Below, in pieces: positions 55,715 to 64,000 of a DNA stretch of 64,000 bases. Position numbers and translations under genes: made by a program. This stretch comes from a virus (lineage: Duplodnaviria; Caudoviricetes): the IMG/VR virus record IMGVR_UViG_3300021957_000026, positions 74-64,073 of that record. One strand, 5' to 3'. Within the stretch, counting starts at the first letter, position 1. Every line of letters begins with the position of its first letter. The notes beneath the pieces were generated by a model, which saw nothing but the letters and a program-made list of their open reading frames with translations, ran no database searches and was not told where the DNA came from.

Positions 55715-56302
55715 TTAGAAGTTAAGTTTTGCGATTGCATATCCACCAGCATGAGTATCAGCAGATCCTTCACGCTTGCCAGTAGCAAGGATAGTACCTA
55801 CAACACTACCATTGCCATTAATAGCAAGAGTACCGCCAGCAGAAACCTTCAACTCAGCGAGAGGAGCAGGAACAACAGAGCCTGAGAAGGCGCTTGCCAT
55901 AAGGGTGAAAATACCCTTAGTTGCGACAGGAATAGTCTCTCCAGAGACAACGCATTGAAGCTCGTCTTTTTTCTGAGGATAGAAACGAAGCTTCTCGCCA
56001 TTTTCGTCAGTCTCGCGAACATCGCGGAGAGTGATTCCAAGAGCAATATCTCCGTCTCCAGCTTTTTCAACCTTGAGGGGATTTACGATTTCAGGAGAGT
56101 AAGCATTACCTTGTACATTAAGGTAGTTGTCTCCAGCTTGCCCGTGGGCAAAATCAGCGTTAAGACCATCAGTGGTATTCTTAACCTTCACAACAGTACC
56201 AGCACCGATAGAGGTACTAGCATCTTCCAGCGCGAACATATTGACAACATCGTTGTCGCTATATTGGCGGAAGGGGAGCATATTTGTAATTTCGCTAGCC
56301 AT
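55715..56302 (-). CDS. Capsid decoration/cement protein
   Basis: G..VKV...LGI.L.DV...VATKG.F beta-tulip-like pattern; upstream of MCP. Confidence 0.65.
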   Translation of the reverse strand: MASEITNMLPFRQYSDNDVVNMFALEDASTSIGAGTVVKVKNTTDGLNADFAHGQAGDNYLNVQGNAYSPEIVNPLKVEKAGDGDIALGITLRDVRETDENGEKLRFYPQKKDELQCVVSGETIPVATKGIFTLMASAFSGSVVPAPLAELKVSAGGTLAINGNGSVVGTILATGKREGSADTHAGGYAIAKLNF

Positions 56303-56331
56303 AATAATATAATTAAGTTAGATTTTTTTGT

Positions 56332-57834
56332 TTAGTTTGTAACTTCTACAGAGAAGTTTTCTTTTAATTTGTTGATCAAAGAAATTTGTTCTGCAGCTTC
56401 CCCATTGTTATTTGGGAGAGATGCTTCGGTGGTCTCTTCGACTTCAAGTTCTTCCTCTTCAGAGGCTTCTGAAACCTCTGGCTCTGGAGAAGTAGCCTCT
56501 TGTACCTTAGAAGCGATAGCTTCCTCGATACGAGAATTAATCTCTTCCTCCTTGGCGGCAATAGCCTCTTTAGCCTTGTGAGCAAAGAGAACCGTGAGTT
56601 TACCCTTGAATGTCTCAAAAGCTTCGTCAGAAGCTTCTACGACCTTTAATTCCGCGACAACATACTCAAGCTCCTCTTTAGAGAAGTCATAAGTGTCATC
56701 TAGGAAAGTCATTCTGGAATTGAAAAGTTCAACAGCAGCCTGAGCTTCGACTTCCGACTTAAGAGCACTCAAGTCAGATTGAACGCTTTCAAAAGAAGCT
56801 TTCATCTCGGCAAGGTCTTGTTCGGCTTTTTCACGAGCTTCTGCTTCAAGTTGAACCTTTGATTTCCATGTCTCGGAATGCTCGGAAAGAGCATCACGCA
56901 TAATCTCACCAACAGAGCTGGCTTGATCGTCCTTCTTGACTACAGAGGCAACGTTTTCTGCTACCTTGGTCATTAACTGTTCGAATTGTTCAGTATCCAT
57001 ATCAAATATATCGAATTTATTGGTTTTTACATTGTTTTCCGCATTGAGGGAAATTTTTTCTGATTTTTTAATATCAGTAATTTCATTTTTATCTTCCATA
57101 AGATAAACACCTTTAACCCTAGCGGCAGGGTTATAGGTTAAAGCTGCACCTAAAGGATAGGTCTCTCCATGTATCAAACGATGTACTGGAGTCCCATTTT
57201 CATCCTTGCCTTTACCACCGAATCCTTTAACATATTGTTTAAGTTCTTCGGCGTCTTTTCCTTCGGCTACTTGGCATTCGTCTAGTCTATCAGACCCATA
57301 GACGACCTTATAATTTTTAAAAGCTAACTCCCAACTGGTAGATACGCTTTGATATTCGGAAGATTCTTCTTCAGAAGCTTCTTCGATAGCTTTAGCAAGA
57401 TCTGGGAAAATATTCCTATAGATCAAACCTGCGGCATTAATGTAGTAAGGTTTTGTTTTATCGGCATAGGAAGTAACATCATAGTCTTTAAAATCAAACT
57501 CCTCCTCTGAGAAAGAAGCGTTTATGATATGCCCTACAATTTTTTGTTTCTTATGCTCTATATTTATAGGCTTGTTTATAAACCTTTTGACTGCGTCAAC
57601 AGCTGTAGCAGAATCAATCCCGTCGCCGTTCTTATTGAATTCATTAACAACAGCTAGATTAAAAACTACAGGGAGTACGTCTATATTATCAGACGGATCA
57701 AAATCTTCTGGAATAAGAGATTTGGCAGCTTCCGCTATAGAGCCTTCAGAGACTCCAAACTTGTCGAAGTCTTCTTTCTGCAGGGCTTTGATATTACAAT
57801 CAAAGTTACTGAGAAGGTAATCTTTTAATTCCAT
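56332..57834 (-). CDS. Prohead protease-scaffold fusion
   Basis: NKNGD, KPINIEH, VGH, SWEL, G.ALT..PA; acidic coiled-coil C-terminal scaffold; start MELKD is 9 nt after GTGTAT. Confidence 0.78.
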   Translation of the reverse strand: MELKDYLLSNFDCNIKALQKEDFDKFGVSEGSIAEAAKSLIPEDFDPSDNIDVLPVVFNLAVVNEFNKNGDGIDSATAVDAVKRFINKPINIEHKKQKIVGHIINASFSEEEFDFKDYDVTSYADKTKPYYINAAGLIYRNIFPDLAKAIEEASEEESSEYQSVSTSWELAFKNYKVVYGSDRLDECQVAEGKDAEELKQYVKGFGGKGKDENGTPVHRLIHGETYPLGAALTYNPAARVKGVYLMEDKNEITDIKKSEKISLNAENNVKTNKFDIFDMDTEQFEQLMTKVAENVASVVKKDDQASSVGEIMRDALSEHSETWKSKVQLEAEAREKAEQDLAEMKASFESVQSDLSALKSEVEAQAAVELFNSRMTFLDDTYDFSKEELEYVVAELKVVEASDEAFETFKGKLTVLFAHKAKEAIAAKEEEINSRIEEAIASKVQEATSPEPEVSEASEEEELEVEETTEASLPNNNGEAAEQISLINKLKENFSVEVTN

Positions 57835-57849
57835 ATTTATTTTATACAC

Positions 57850-59820
57850 TTAAAAATTGGTTGAGTGATATAAAATCGCAGCAGACATGTCATCAAGTTG
57901 ATGTTTACACCCTAAATCAAGGATATCTTTGTCTATATGAAGATCAGAAAGATTTTCTATATTATCCACAACACTTGATAATGCTTCTTCCCATTCGTCT
58001 TCTTTTTTGGAAACTATAATTGCCTCACAAGCTTGAGACACAAGATCTTTTCTCTGCTCATCTAGTTCATCTATACCATATTTCAAAGCAAAGTCTCTAT
58101 ATGCTTTAAACTCAAATTCGCTAACTTTTTGAGTAGCCTGAATAATATGTTTCTTCGAAAAGCTTGAATTAGATACCCCAATTGGTCTACCTCCAGATGG
58201 AGCTATAGGAGCAGCTTTTTCTTTTACTTCAGGTTCAGAACCACCATCTTTTTCTTCTTGATATAAATTAACGCTATTAACAAGAGGCATATAGTAACCC
58301 TCTTCTCTTTTTTGTTTAAACTCTTCTTGAGCTTTATCCATATCTACAGATTTCGGGAAAACACCTGTATGTACAACCTTCATCCCTTGCTCTGGGGTTA
58401 TAACTCCAAGCTCCATCATTCTAGTGGCAAGTTTAGTCATATCAGAATTATCTAGGGTATCTGTTTTAACTAGCTTTGCTTCAGGCCAAGATCTCATACC
58501 AATAGACTTGCAGATTCTACGGATTTCTGGCTGGAGAAATTCTTTTATAAATAAATCGCGAGATTCTTCTAAACGTTGAATAAAGATCTTCATCTTTAAT
58601 TGACCGTCAGCATACTTATTGTCTCCAATGAGTACATTCTGTAGTCCTTCTTGAATATCCCTGTTTAATACTTCGTATTTTTCAGGTCCAACTACTTTCC
58701 TTAAATCTGGGATGACAAAGTCTGCTTTAGTGGTATAATCAGAAACCAGTACTCGACCAACACTTTGATTTTTAAAGATGCTCTGCATGGCAGATAAAGC
58801 CTTATGATTAACTCCTCCTTTATCTGGCTCTGCCCCCATAGTTACCAAGAGAACAACGTTCTCAATGGAGCGAGAAATAGCTTGGTCTATTTTTTTTAAT
58901 TCTAATTTTTTATTTATATCATCAAGAACGGTAAAACCATAAGGAATCGACAAAGGCTCATAGTCTTGTTTCTTAGCGAAAACCACATGCAACAAATCAG
59001 AAGCTAACTGAATGTATAGTCTTTCAGAAGTCGAAGCTTGATTATTTTTAATCCTAATCTGAACATCCTCTGGTAGAGAATTATACATTTCTTTCTCATG
59101 ATCTGTTTGAGGGTTCTTTAATCTAGAAATTTCATAAGGAGTAAGTACTTTGAAATATTGAAAGTCATTAAAGGAAATAGAACCTTTTGTAGCAACATCG
59201 GTCGGGTTTATAACCATATACTTGATGGGTATAGGAGCATTTTTTTTAGTAGCACCGTAGGTCTCTAAGATTTGACCTGAATCTTGCATTTTGAGTTTAC
59301 CGTCGATTCTATATAAGAAAACATTACCTGAGCGATAGTATTCTCTAAAATATTGAGATTTAACATCGTGGATCTTAATCCTTTTAAACCAAGCATTAAT
59401 AAATTTACGAGATTTCTCGGTACCCCCTTCTAAATAAATATCAGAGTCAGCAAAGTCGGAAAGCATATCGATAGTGCTGCGGAAGGCAGGTACATTGAAA
59501 TAAGCTTTTTGACACAACTGGATTGCGTCTCTAGCGTCAACAGAATCACGAGAATAATCAAAAGGAAGAAGTCCATCATCGATATTCTTAAATCGACCTT
59601 TTACAAAATTCTGTGAAACATTATTGCTTCTCGTTGCAGTTCTATTAGAAGGTTGAAGTCTAGAAGCCACACTTTCATACAGAGATTCTCCAACTAGCTC
59701 TGGATTAATATTAGGCTCGGTATTTTTTTCGAATAACTCGTCTAAGTTATTATTAGAAGCATTGCTTTTGAATTTATCCCAATACTCAGATCTCTTTGTA
59801 TATTTGCGCTTTTCCTCCAT
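57850..59820 (-). CDS. Portal protein
   Basis: 656 aa between terminase and protease; FREYYRSGNVF, GGRP tail. Confidence 0.8.
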   Translation of the reverse strand: MEEKRKYTKRSEYWDKFKSNASNNNLDELFEKNTEPNINPELVGESLYESVASRLQPSNRTATRSNNVSQNFVKGRFKNIDDGLLPFDYSRDSVDARDAIQLCQKAYFNVPAFRSTIDMLSDFADSDIYLEGGTEKSRKFINAWFKRIKIHDVKSQYFREYYRSGNVFLYRIDGKLKMQDSGQILETYGATKKNAPIPIKYMVINPTDVATKGSISFNDFQYFKVLTPYEISRLKNPQTDHEKEMYNSLPEDVQIRIKNNQASTSERLYIQLASDLLHVVFAKKQDYEPLSIPYGFTVLDDINKKLELKKIDQAISRSIENVVLLVTMGAEPDKGGVNHKALSAMQSIFKNQSVGRVLVSDYTTKADFVIPDLRKVVGPEKYEVLNRDIQEGLQNVLIGDNKYADGQLKMKIFIQRLEESRDLFIKEFLQPEIRRICKSIGMRSWPEAKLVKTDTLDNSDMTKLATRMMELGVITPEQGMKVVHTGVFPKSVDMDKAQEEFKQKREEGYYMPLVNSVNLYQEEKDGGSEPEVKEKAAPIAPSGGRPIGVSNSSFSKKHIIQATQKVSEFEFKAYRDFALKYGIDELDEQRKDLVSQACEAIIVSKKEDEWEEALSSVVDNIENLSDLHIDKDILDLGCKHQLDDMSAAILYHSTNF

Positions 59821-59866
59821 GTTAACAATTGTTACACTAAAGTTATAAAAGTTACTTTATAACTTT

Positions 59867-61765
59867 TCAAATCGTAAAAGGTATAAATGTAGAAGTAGGC
59901 TTCTTCTCAGGTTTAACGTGCAAAGAATCAAAATATACCTTAGCGAACCAATTACCTAGGATTAAAGCAGAATAAGAATCTTTACGTGCTCTATTCGGTC
60001 CTTTTTGTCTTCGGATGTTTTGGGGTAGGTTAAATGACTGTGAGCCTTGGGGGTTTGTGGTAACCTCAATGTTAGCGCATTCCGACTTTGTAAGTTCAAT
60101 ATTGCTTTTTTGTTGATCAAGAAGGTCAATCATTTTCGCACCTTTAGAAGTAGCTGTGATTTTATTATCCCATTTTATCTCCTCGATAGGTAAGTTCTTT
60201 TTCCTTTGCTGGTCGAAGTGCTCATCTACTGCTCTTGAAGCGAACAGTATTCTTTTATGGTCTATGGCTGCTTGCAACATCTCATTACCATTTCTGATCC
60301 AGTTGACTGTAGGTTTTCTTAAGATGCAGTATTTTCTTTCTTTCTGATTGTATTGGTTCTTAAAACTAAGTATATCATTATGCCATTGATCAGGTTTTTC
60401 TAAGTCTACTTCTATAACACCAATATCAACCTTAGCTGTTTTAAACAATTGACTCTCATTACAAGAATTAATAAATTGAACTCCTCCGTTATAGTCACCG
60501 CATATCCCAACGATGTTAAAAGATTCTATAAGGTACAAGAAGTACTTCATATGGTCTTTTAAGGACACTCCAGCCAAAGCGTAGCTATGGACAAGGCAAA
60601 CCTTCTGTTCGTCCCTCAGAACCTTAAATACGTGCATAGCGAAGTGGTCAGCGCTTGTGTTGCCAGCCCAGTTAGGGTCAAAAGCAAGTAAATATTCATC
60701 ACTTGGATTACCTACAACTTCAACAGCAGGGAATTCTCCATCAGCAATCGTACAAGCCGCCATCTTAGATAATCGGAAGTAACCATCACTCTCATCCACA
60801 AATTGAGCACCAAACTCTCGTTTGAACTGCATTTCGGACATAGTCTCTTTCGCTTGTTTAAGCAAGTTTTGATCATATAGCCTAGTGGGAGCACAATCAT
60901 AACTCAATTGCATGATTAATCTATAAGCATCATCAGCGGATTGTTCATCATCATCATCATTTTTGTTTTGATCAAATTCTCCAAGAATAAGCCCCTCATA
61001 CTTCTTGTAGAGTTTAAACATATATTCAAATTTAAAAGAGGGAGATGAAAGTATTATTAACTTGTTATTAGGCCATACGTACCTTTCTTTTTCTTGCATC
61101 TCGCCTTTTTCGATTATGCGTGTTTCTAACTTGTGAAGTTCTTCTCGCTCGATAGGATTTTCCACTACGCCAAGGAAAGGTATGATAACTTCGTTGAAAA
61201 TCTTTTCGGGTATGGTTAAGAACTCATCGAGTACAATACGATTAAATCGAAATCCACGTAACCTTTCTCCATTTGCCAAGGGTAGCGCTATAGCCCTACT
61301 GCCACCTATTTTTAAAGTCCACTGGTCAGTTCCCTTGGTTATCTTAACTCCGCATTCTTTTGCGAGCTTCGCTTCGGGCTTGGATAGTATATCCTCCATT
61401 TTTTGGAAGATTTGCTTTGATTGCCTAAAGCTACCTGCAATAACACCTATATTCGCATTAGGGTTTAGTAGACACTCAAGTAGTACATAAATAGCTGTAG
61501 AGAATGTTTTAGACATACCACGGGAGAATACGAACATGGAATAGTCGGATACCATCATTCCCTTAATAGCCATAGCCTGAAATGGAAATAATTTTACCCC
61601 TAAAAATAGTTCAGAGGTAAATGCAATATTAGCCCTTAAGAACTTATATAATAAATACTTAGATTCTTCATCAGTCAAATCACCTTCAAATGATCTTAGA
61701 TGAGAGTTGAACTCTTTAGCAGAGAATTCAGTTCGATATCTCTGTTTTCCTTTGTTCCAAGCCAT
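59867..61765 (-). CDS. Terminase large subunit
   Basis: L.PFQ, SRGMSKT, FRQS, LRGFRF..IVLDE, LSS, AFDP, RKDSYSAL. Confidence 0.88.
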   Translation of the reverse strand: MAWNKGKQRYRTEFSAKEFNSHLRSFEGDLTDEESKYLLYKFLRANIAFTSELFLGVKLFPFQAMAIKGMMVSDYSMFVFSRGMSKTFSTAIYVLLECLLNPNANIGVIAGSFRQSKQIFQKMEDILSKPEAKLAKECGVKITKGTDQWTLKIGGSRAIALPLANGERLRGFRFNRIVLDEFLTIPEKIFNEVIIPFLGVVENPIEREELHKLETRIIEKGEMQEKERYVWPNNKLIILSSPSFKFEYMFKLYKKYEGLILGEFDQNKNDDDDEQSADDAYRLIMQLSYDCAPTRLYDQNLLKQAKETMSEMQFKREFGAQFVDESDGYFRLSKMAACTIADGEFPAVEVVGNPSDEYLLAFDPNWAGNTSADHFAMHVFKVLRDEQKVCLVHSYALAGVSLKDHMKYFLYLIESFNIVGICGDYNGGVQFINSCNESQLFKTAKVDIGVIEVDLEKPDQWHNDILSFKNQYNQKERKYCILRKPTVNWIRNGNEMLQAAIDHKRILFASRAVDEHFDQQRKKNLPIEEIKWDNKITATSKGAKMIDLLDQQKSNIELTKSECANIEVTTNPQGSQSFNLPQNIRRQKGPNRARKDSYSALILGNWFAKVYFDSLHVKPEKKPTSTFIPFTI

Positions 61766-62681
61766 AAACTTTATTCTCGATATGGTACTGTAAATCTACA
61801 TTCCATAGATCCTGACCATAGTTGAGTATTTTTGGGATTAATTTTTTAGCGCCTTTTCTATTGTAAGCGAATATACATTGAATGTTTTCGGGGTAATCTA
61901 CCATAAGCCCTCTTAAGTTATGCCAGACGTAACTTAAGTTCGATTTAAACTTTGATACTTTGTTGTCTTCTTCGATTTTTTCAATAGAAGACTCGACAAC
62001 AATGAACATGTAAGAATTAAACTGGACACAACGATCCATTTCCCTCCTGAATCTTTTAATATCTTTCCCAAATGTTTGTCTGAAGTCATCTTGTGATTTT
62101 CTATCTATAAATGTTTTTGAATAATATTCTCCTCCAGCGGTATAATCGCCAAAGTCTAACTTGTTTACTACGCCGTTCTTAAATGTAAAGGGAAGTTTCT
62201 CCCTTGTGTCTACGAAAATAGGTATCTCATCATGCGAGGACTCCCAGAACATCTTGGGTAGGTTCTTGCAAAAATGATTTTTTAAATTTAGTTCTTTTGT
62301 GAAATTAGAATAAGACCCCCATAACTTTCTATAAGTTTGAATGTCAGCCATATCCGATAATTGATAAAACAAATTAGGAGGAGATATCGTTATCTTCTTG
62401 TCTGTGAATTTAGATTGAGCTTTGTTTTCAACATATTCCCTACAGGTCTCCGAAGGTGTGATTTTAAGCCAATTAAGATAATTTTCCCTACAAGAGAAAT
62501 CTTCTCTGAAGTATTGGTCATAATTCTTAAAAGGGAGTAAAGAACCAGTGTACAAATCCTTTTTCTGGAAATGCTTCACATAGTAGTCTCCAATAAACAA
62601 AGAGTGTGCTTTCAAGTGCATATGAAAGCTTTTTCTATTATCGAATTCTTTTCCACATTCTTTGCAAACAAAATCATTCAT
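61728..62681 (-). CDS. ERCC4/XPF-type nuclease with N-terminal C2H2 zinc finger
   Basis: CKECGKEF.....HMHLKAH; VDTRE, GDY, DRKSQDD, IVVE. Confidence 0.75.
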   Translation of the reverse strand: MNDFVCKECGKEFDNRKSFHMHLKAHSLFIGDYYVKHFQKKDLYTGSLLPFKNYDQYFREDFSCRENYLNWLKITPSETCREYVENKAQSKFTDKKITISPPNLFYQLSDMADIQTYRKLWGSYSNFTKELNLKNHFCKNLPKMFWESSHDEIPIFVDTREKLPFTFKNGVVNKLDFGDYTAGGEYYSKTFIDRKSQDDFRQTFGKDIKRFRREMDRCVQFNSYMFIVVESSIEKIEEDNKVSKFKSNLSYVWHNLRGLMVDYPENIQCIFAYNRKGAKKLIPKILNYGQDLWNVDLQYHIENKVYGLEQRKTEISN

Positions 62682-63739
62682 AATAACTCTTTTTTAGAGA
62701 TGCCTAAAATTCTAGCCTTGTAGTCATCCATACTTTCAAGTCTATCAGCTTCCTCTTCGATAAGTTTATTTTGAAGCTCTGCCATCATAATCATGCGATC
62801 ACGCTCTTCCCTCTCTTGGAACGCTTCTACTAAAGCAAAGATAGATCCGTTTTCTTCTCCTTTGGCTTTCAGTCGTGCAGTCCTAGACCCGTTAAGGTCT
62901 TTTGTTAAAGATTCTATTCTTTTTTCGCATTGATTAAGCTCATCGCTTGTAGCCTTGATAATCTCCGTCAGACGCATTGTGATGTCTCTTTCGTTGTCTT
63001 GGTCGTCCAGTAGTGCGTTAAGCTTGTCAATGCGCTGCTGGATGTGTTTTTGGCGCACGTAGTTAGTACACACAGTTACGTACAAGTTTAATTCGTCGTT
63101 AGTTAGGTCAGGCTTATCCCAAATAGCCCTGACAAACTCACTTTCAAATAAGTCGCGATCAGCTAGAGTTGTATATTGATTTATGAAGTGATTAAACCTT
63201 GGACTACGCAAATAAATAATTAATTGCTCCATAAGCTTTTTTTGTTTTGTCTGTAGAGATAATTCCTCTAGCTTAGTAGAACAAAAATTATTCACTTTGG
63301 TAATAGCTCTACTAATAGATTTAGGGGCTACCCACTTCTCTTTTGTTATTATTTCATTTTCGTCTACTACTTCAGGTCGATATGTCTTTAAAAAGTCTAC
63401 GATTAATCGATGCTTTGTACTTAGGCTAGCGACATCTCTATCCTTAAACGTTAATCGGGCAACTTCTAAGGCATTCATATCCGAATGGACATTATCACTC
63501 ATAAGAAAGGACTTCTGTTCTTGAGTTAGTTCTAGGTTATCTGCTTTGGGGACTAGAGAAGTGTTATAGTCTCTATTCTGTTTAGCTAGGAAAGCCCTCA
63601 CAGCTCTCCCCTGTTTAGACCTACCGTCAATATTTTCGTCATTAAATACTTTTCGGGTGATAAACATCAAGTCAGGGTTCTTTTTAAACTCTTTTAAAAT
63701 CTGCTTCTCCTGTTCTTCTGATAGTTTAAAGTTGTTCAT
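62678..63739 (-). CDS. Hypothetical protein, terminase small subunit candidate
   Basis: N-terminal HTH-like repeats, C-terminal coiled coil; upstream of TerL. Confidence 0.5.
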   Translation of the reverse strand: MNNFKLSEEQEKQILKEFKKNPDLMFITRKVFNDENIDGRSKQGRAVRAFLAKQNRDYNTSLVPKADNLELTQEQKSFLMSDNVHSDMNALEVARLTFKDRDVASLSTKHRLIVDFLKTYRPEVVDENEIITKEKWVAPKSISRAITKVNNFCSTKLEELSLQTKQKKLMEQLIIYLRSPRFNHFINQYTTLADRDLFESEFVRAIWDKPDLTNDELNLYVTVCTNYVRQKHIQQRIDKLNALLDDQDNERDITMRLTEIIKATSDELNQCEKRIESLTKDLNGSRTARLKAKGEENGSIFALVEAFQEREERDRMIMMAELQNKLIEEEADRLESMDDYKARILGISKKELL

Positions 63740-64000
63740 GTTAAATCGTCTTTCTTAATTACTTTTTGGGCTATCAGGTAAAATTTCTTCTTTAAGTTGT
63801 TTATTTGTTTGTATCGGGGAGTCTTCCTCTTACTCGTATCCTTCTTAAACCCAAATCTCTTTGCAACCTCTTTATCAGTAGCGTTCTCCATAAATAACAT
63901 TGTATATATTATCTTATGCTTCTCACTCAATTCCTTCAAAACCAACTGATGTATCTTGGCCACTTTTCTATCATAATCAACATTCTCATCGTACAAGTTG
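63736..64000 (-). CDS. C-terminal region-4-like HTH of a second sigma-factor-like protein (5' truncated)
   Basis: LSEKHKIIYTMLF.E..TDKEVAKRFG...QI.NLKK. Confidence 0.5.
   Translation of the reverse strand, partial: NLYDENVDYDRKVAKIHQLVLKELSEKHKIIYTMLFMENATDKEVAKRFGFKKDTSKRKTPRYKQINNLKKKFYLIAQKVIKKDDLT

Larger units (their letters stand above)
1213..59837 (-). promoter_or_regulatory. Dispersed GTGTA(A/T) element upstream of start codons (candidate phage late promoter)
   Basis: Minus-strand copies at 1213, 1534, 4088, 5881, 26050, 28705, 32004, 42326, 48066, 50204, 51543, 54492, 57844, 59832; plus-strand copy at 1556. Confidence 0.75.

Noticed and set aside
8989-61765. Inteins or introns in dnaE, dnaB, nrdA, recA or terL
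   Set aside because: Lengths are normal and no C-...-HN splice motifs or LAGLIDADG inserts were seen
453-63524. Many short ORF-track entries antisense or out of frame to long genes (e.g. 1572..1943, 16852..17199, 18298..18708, 43768..44220, 54505..55035, 55190..55642)
   Set aside because: Shadow ORFs overlapping well-supported genes, with no motifs or expression signals. Only the 3722/3780 overlap has independent support (lipobox).
1-64000. Stop-codon reassignment, tRNA genes, integrase or transposase
   Set aside because: The standard code gives full-length, tightly packed genes ending in TAA, TGA and TAG; no cloverleaf or recombinase motifs noticed by eye (a tRNAscan run would be definitive)

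Overview
This 64-kb window is a gene-dense, AT-rich segment of a large tailed dsDNA bacteriophage (Caudoviricetes). It is probably siphovirus-like, since it has a 1400-aa tape measure and no tail-sheath gene is visible. Read right to left on the minus strand it carries a truncated sigma-factor-like gene, terminase/portal/protease/capsid, neck, tail tube, chaperones, tape measure and tail-tip genes (36.2-64 kb). A plus-strand block (29-36 kb) holds a sigma factor, three glycosyltransferases and SSB/SSAP-like genes. A second minus-strand arm holds RNR, Hsp20, a nonulosonic-acid (probably Kdn-type)/GDP-sugar glycan cluster, RecA, DnaB, primase, an exonuclease, a DnaE polymerase split into three genes, a ClpC-like ATPase, HldD and an overlapping spanin-like pair. 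At the left end are a plus-strand cassette ending in a PEP-CTERM-type protein and a tail-fibre-like gene that runs off the edge. Four observations stand out. (1) A GTGTA(A/T) element precedes 15 genes, 9-11 nt upstream of the start codon in ten of them, and is a candidate phage-sigma late promoter; sigma70-type promoters also give near-leaderless mRNAs. (2) A glycan-synthesis toolkit co-occurs with strong [S/T]-G dipeptide enrichment in tail proteins, suggesting a virion glycosylation system. (3) DnaE is split in the order PHP / DEDDh exonuclease / polymerase core. (4) The phage encodes a PEP-CTERM-type surface protein, which suggests a Gram-negative, possibly Verrucomicrobia/PVC, host. All calls come from reading motifs by eye; no database searches were run.
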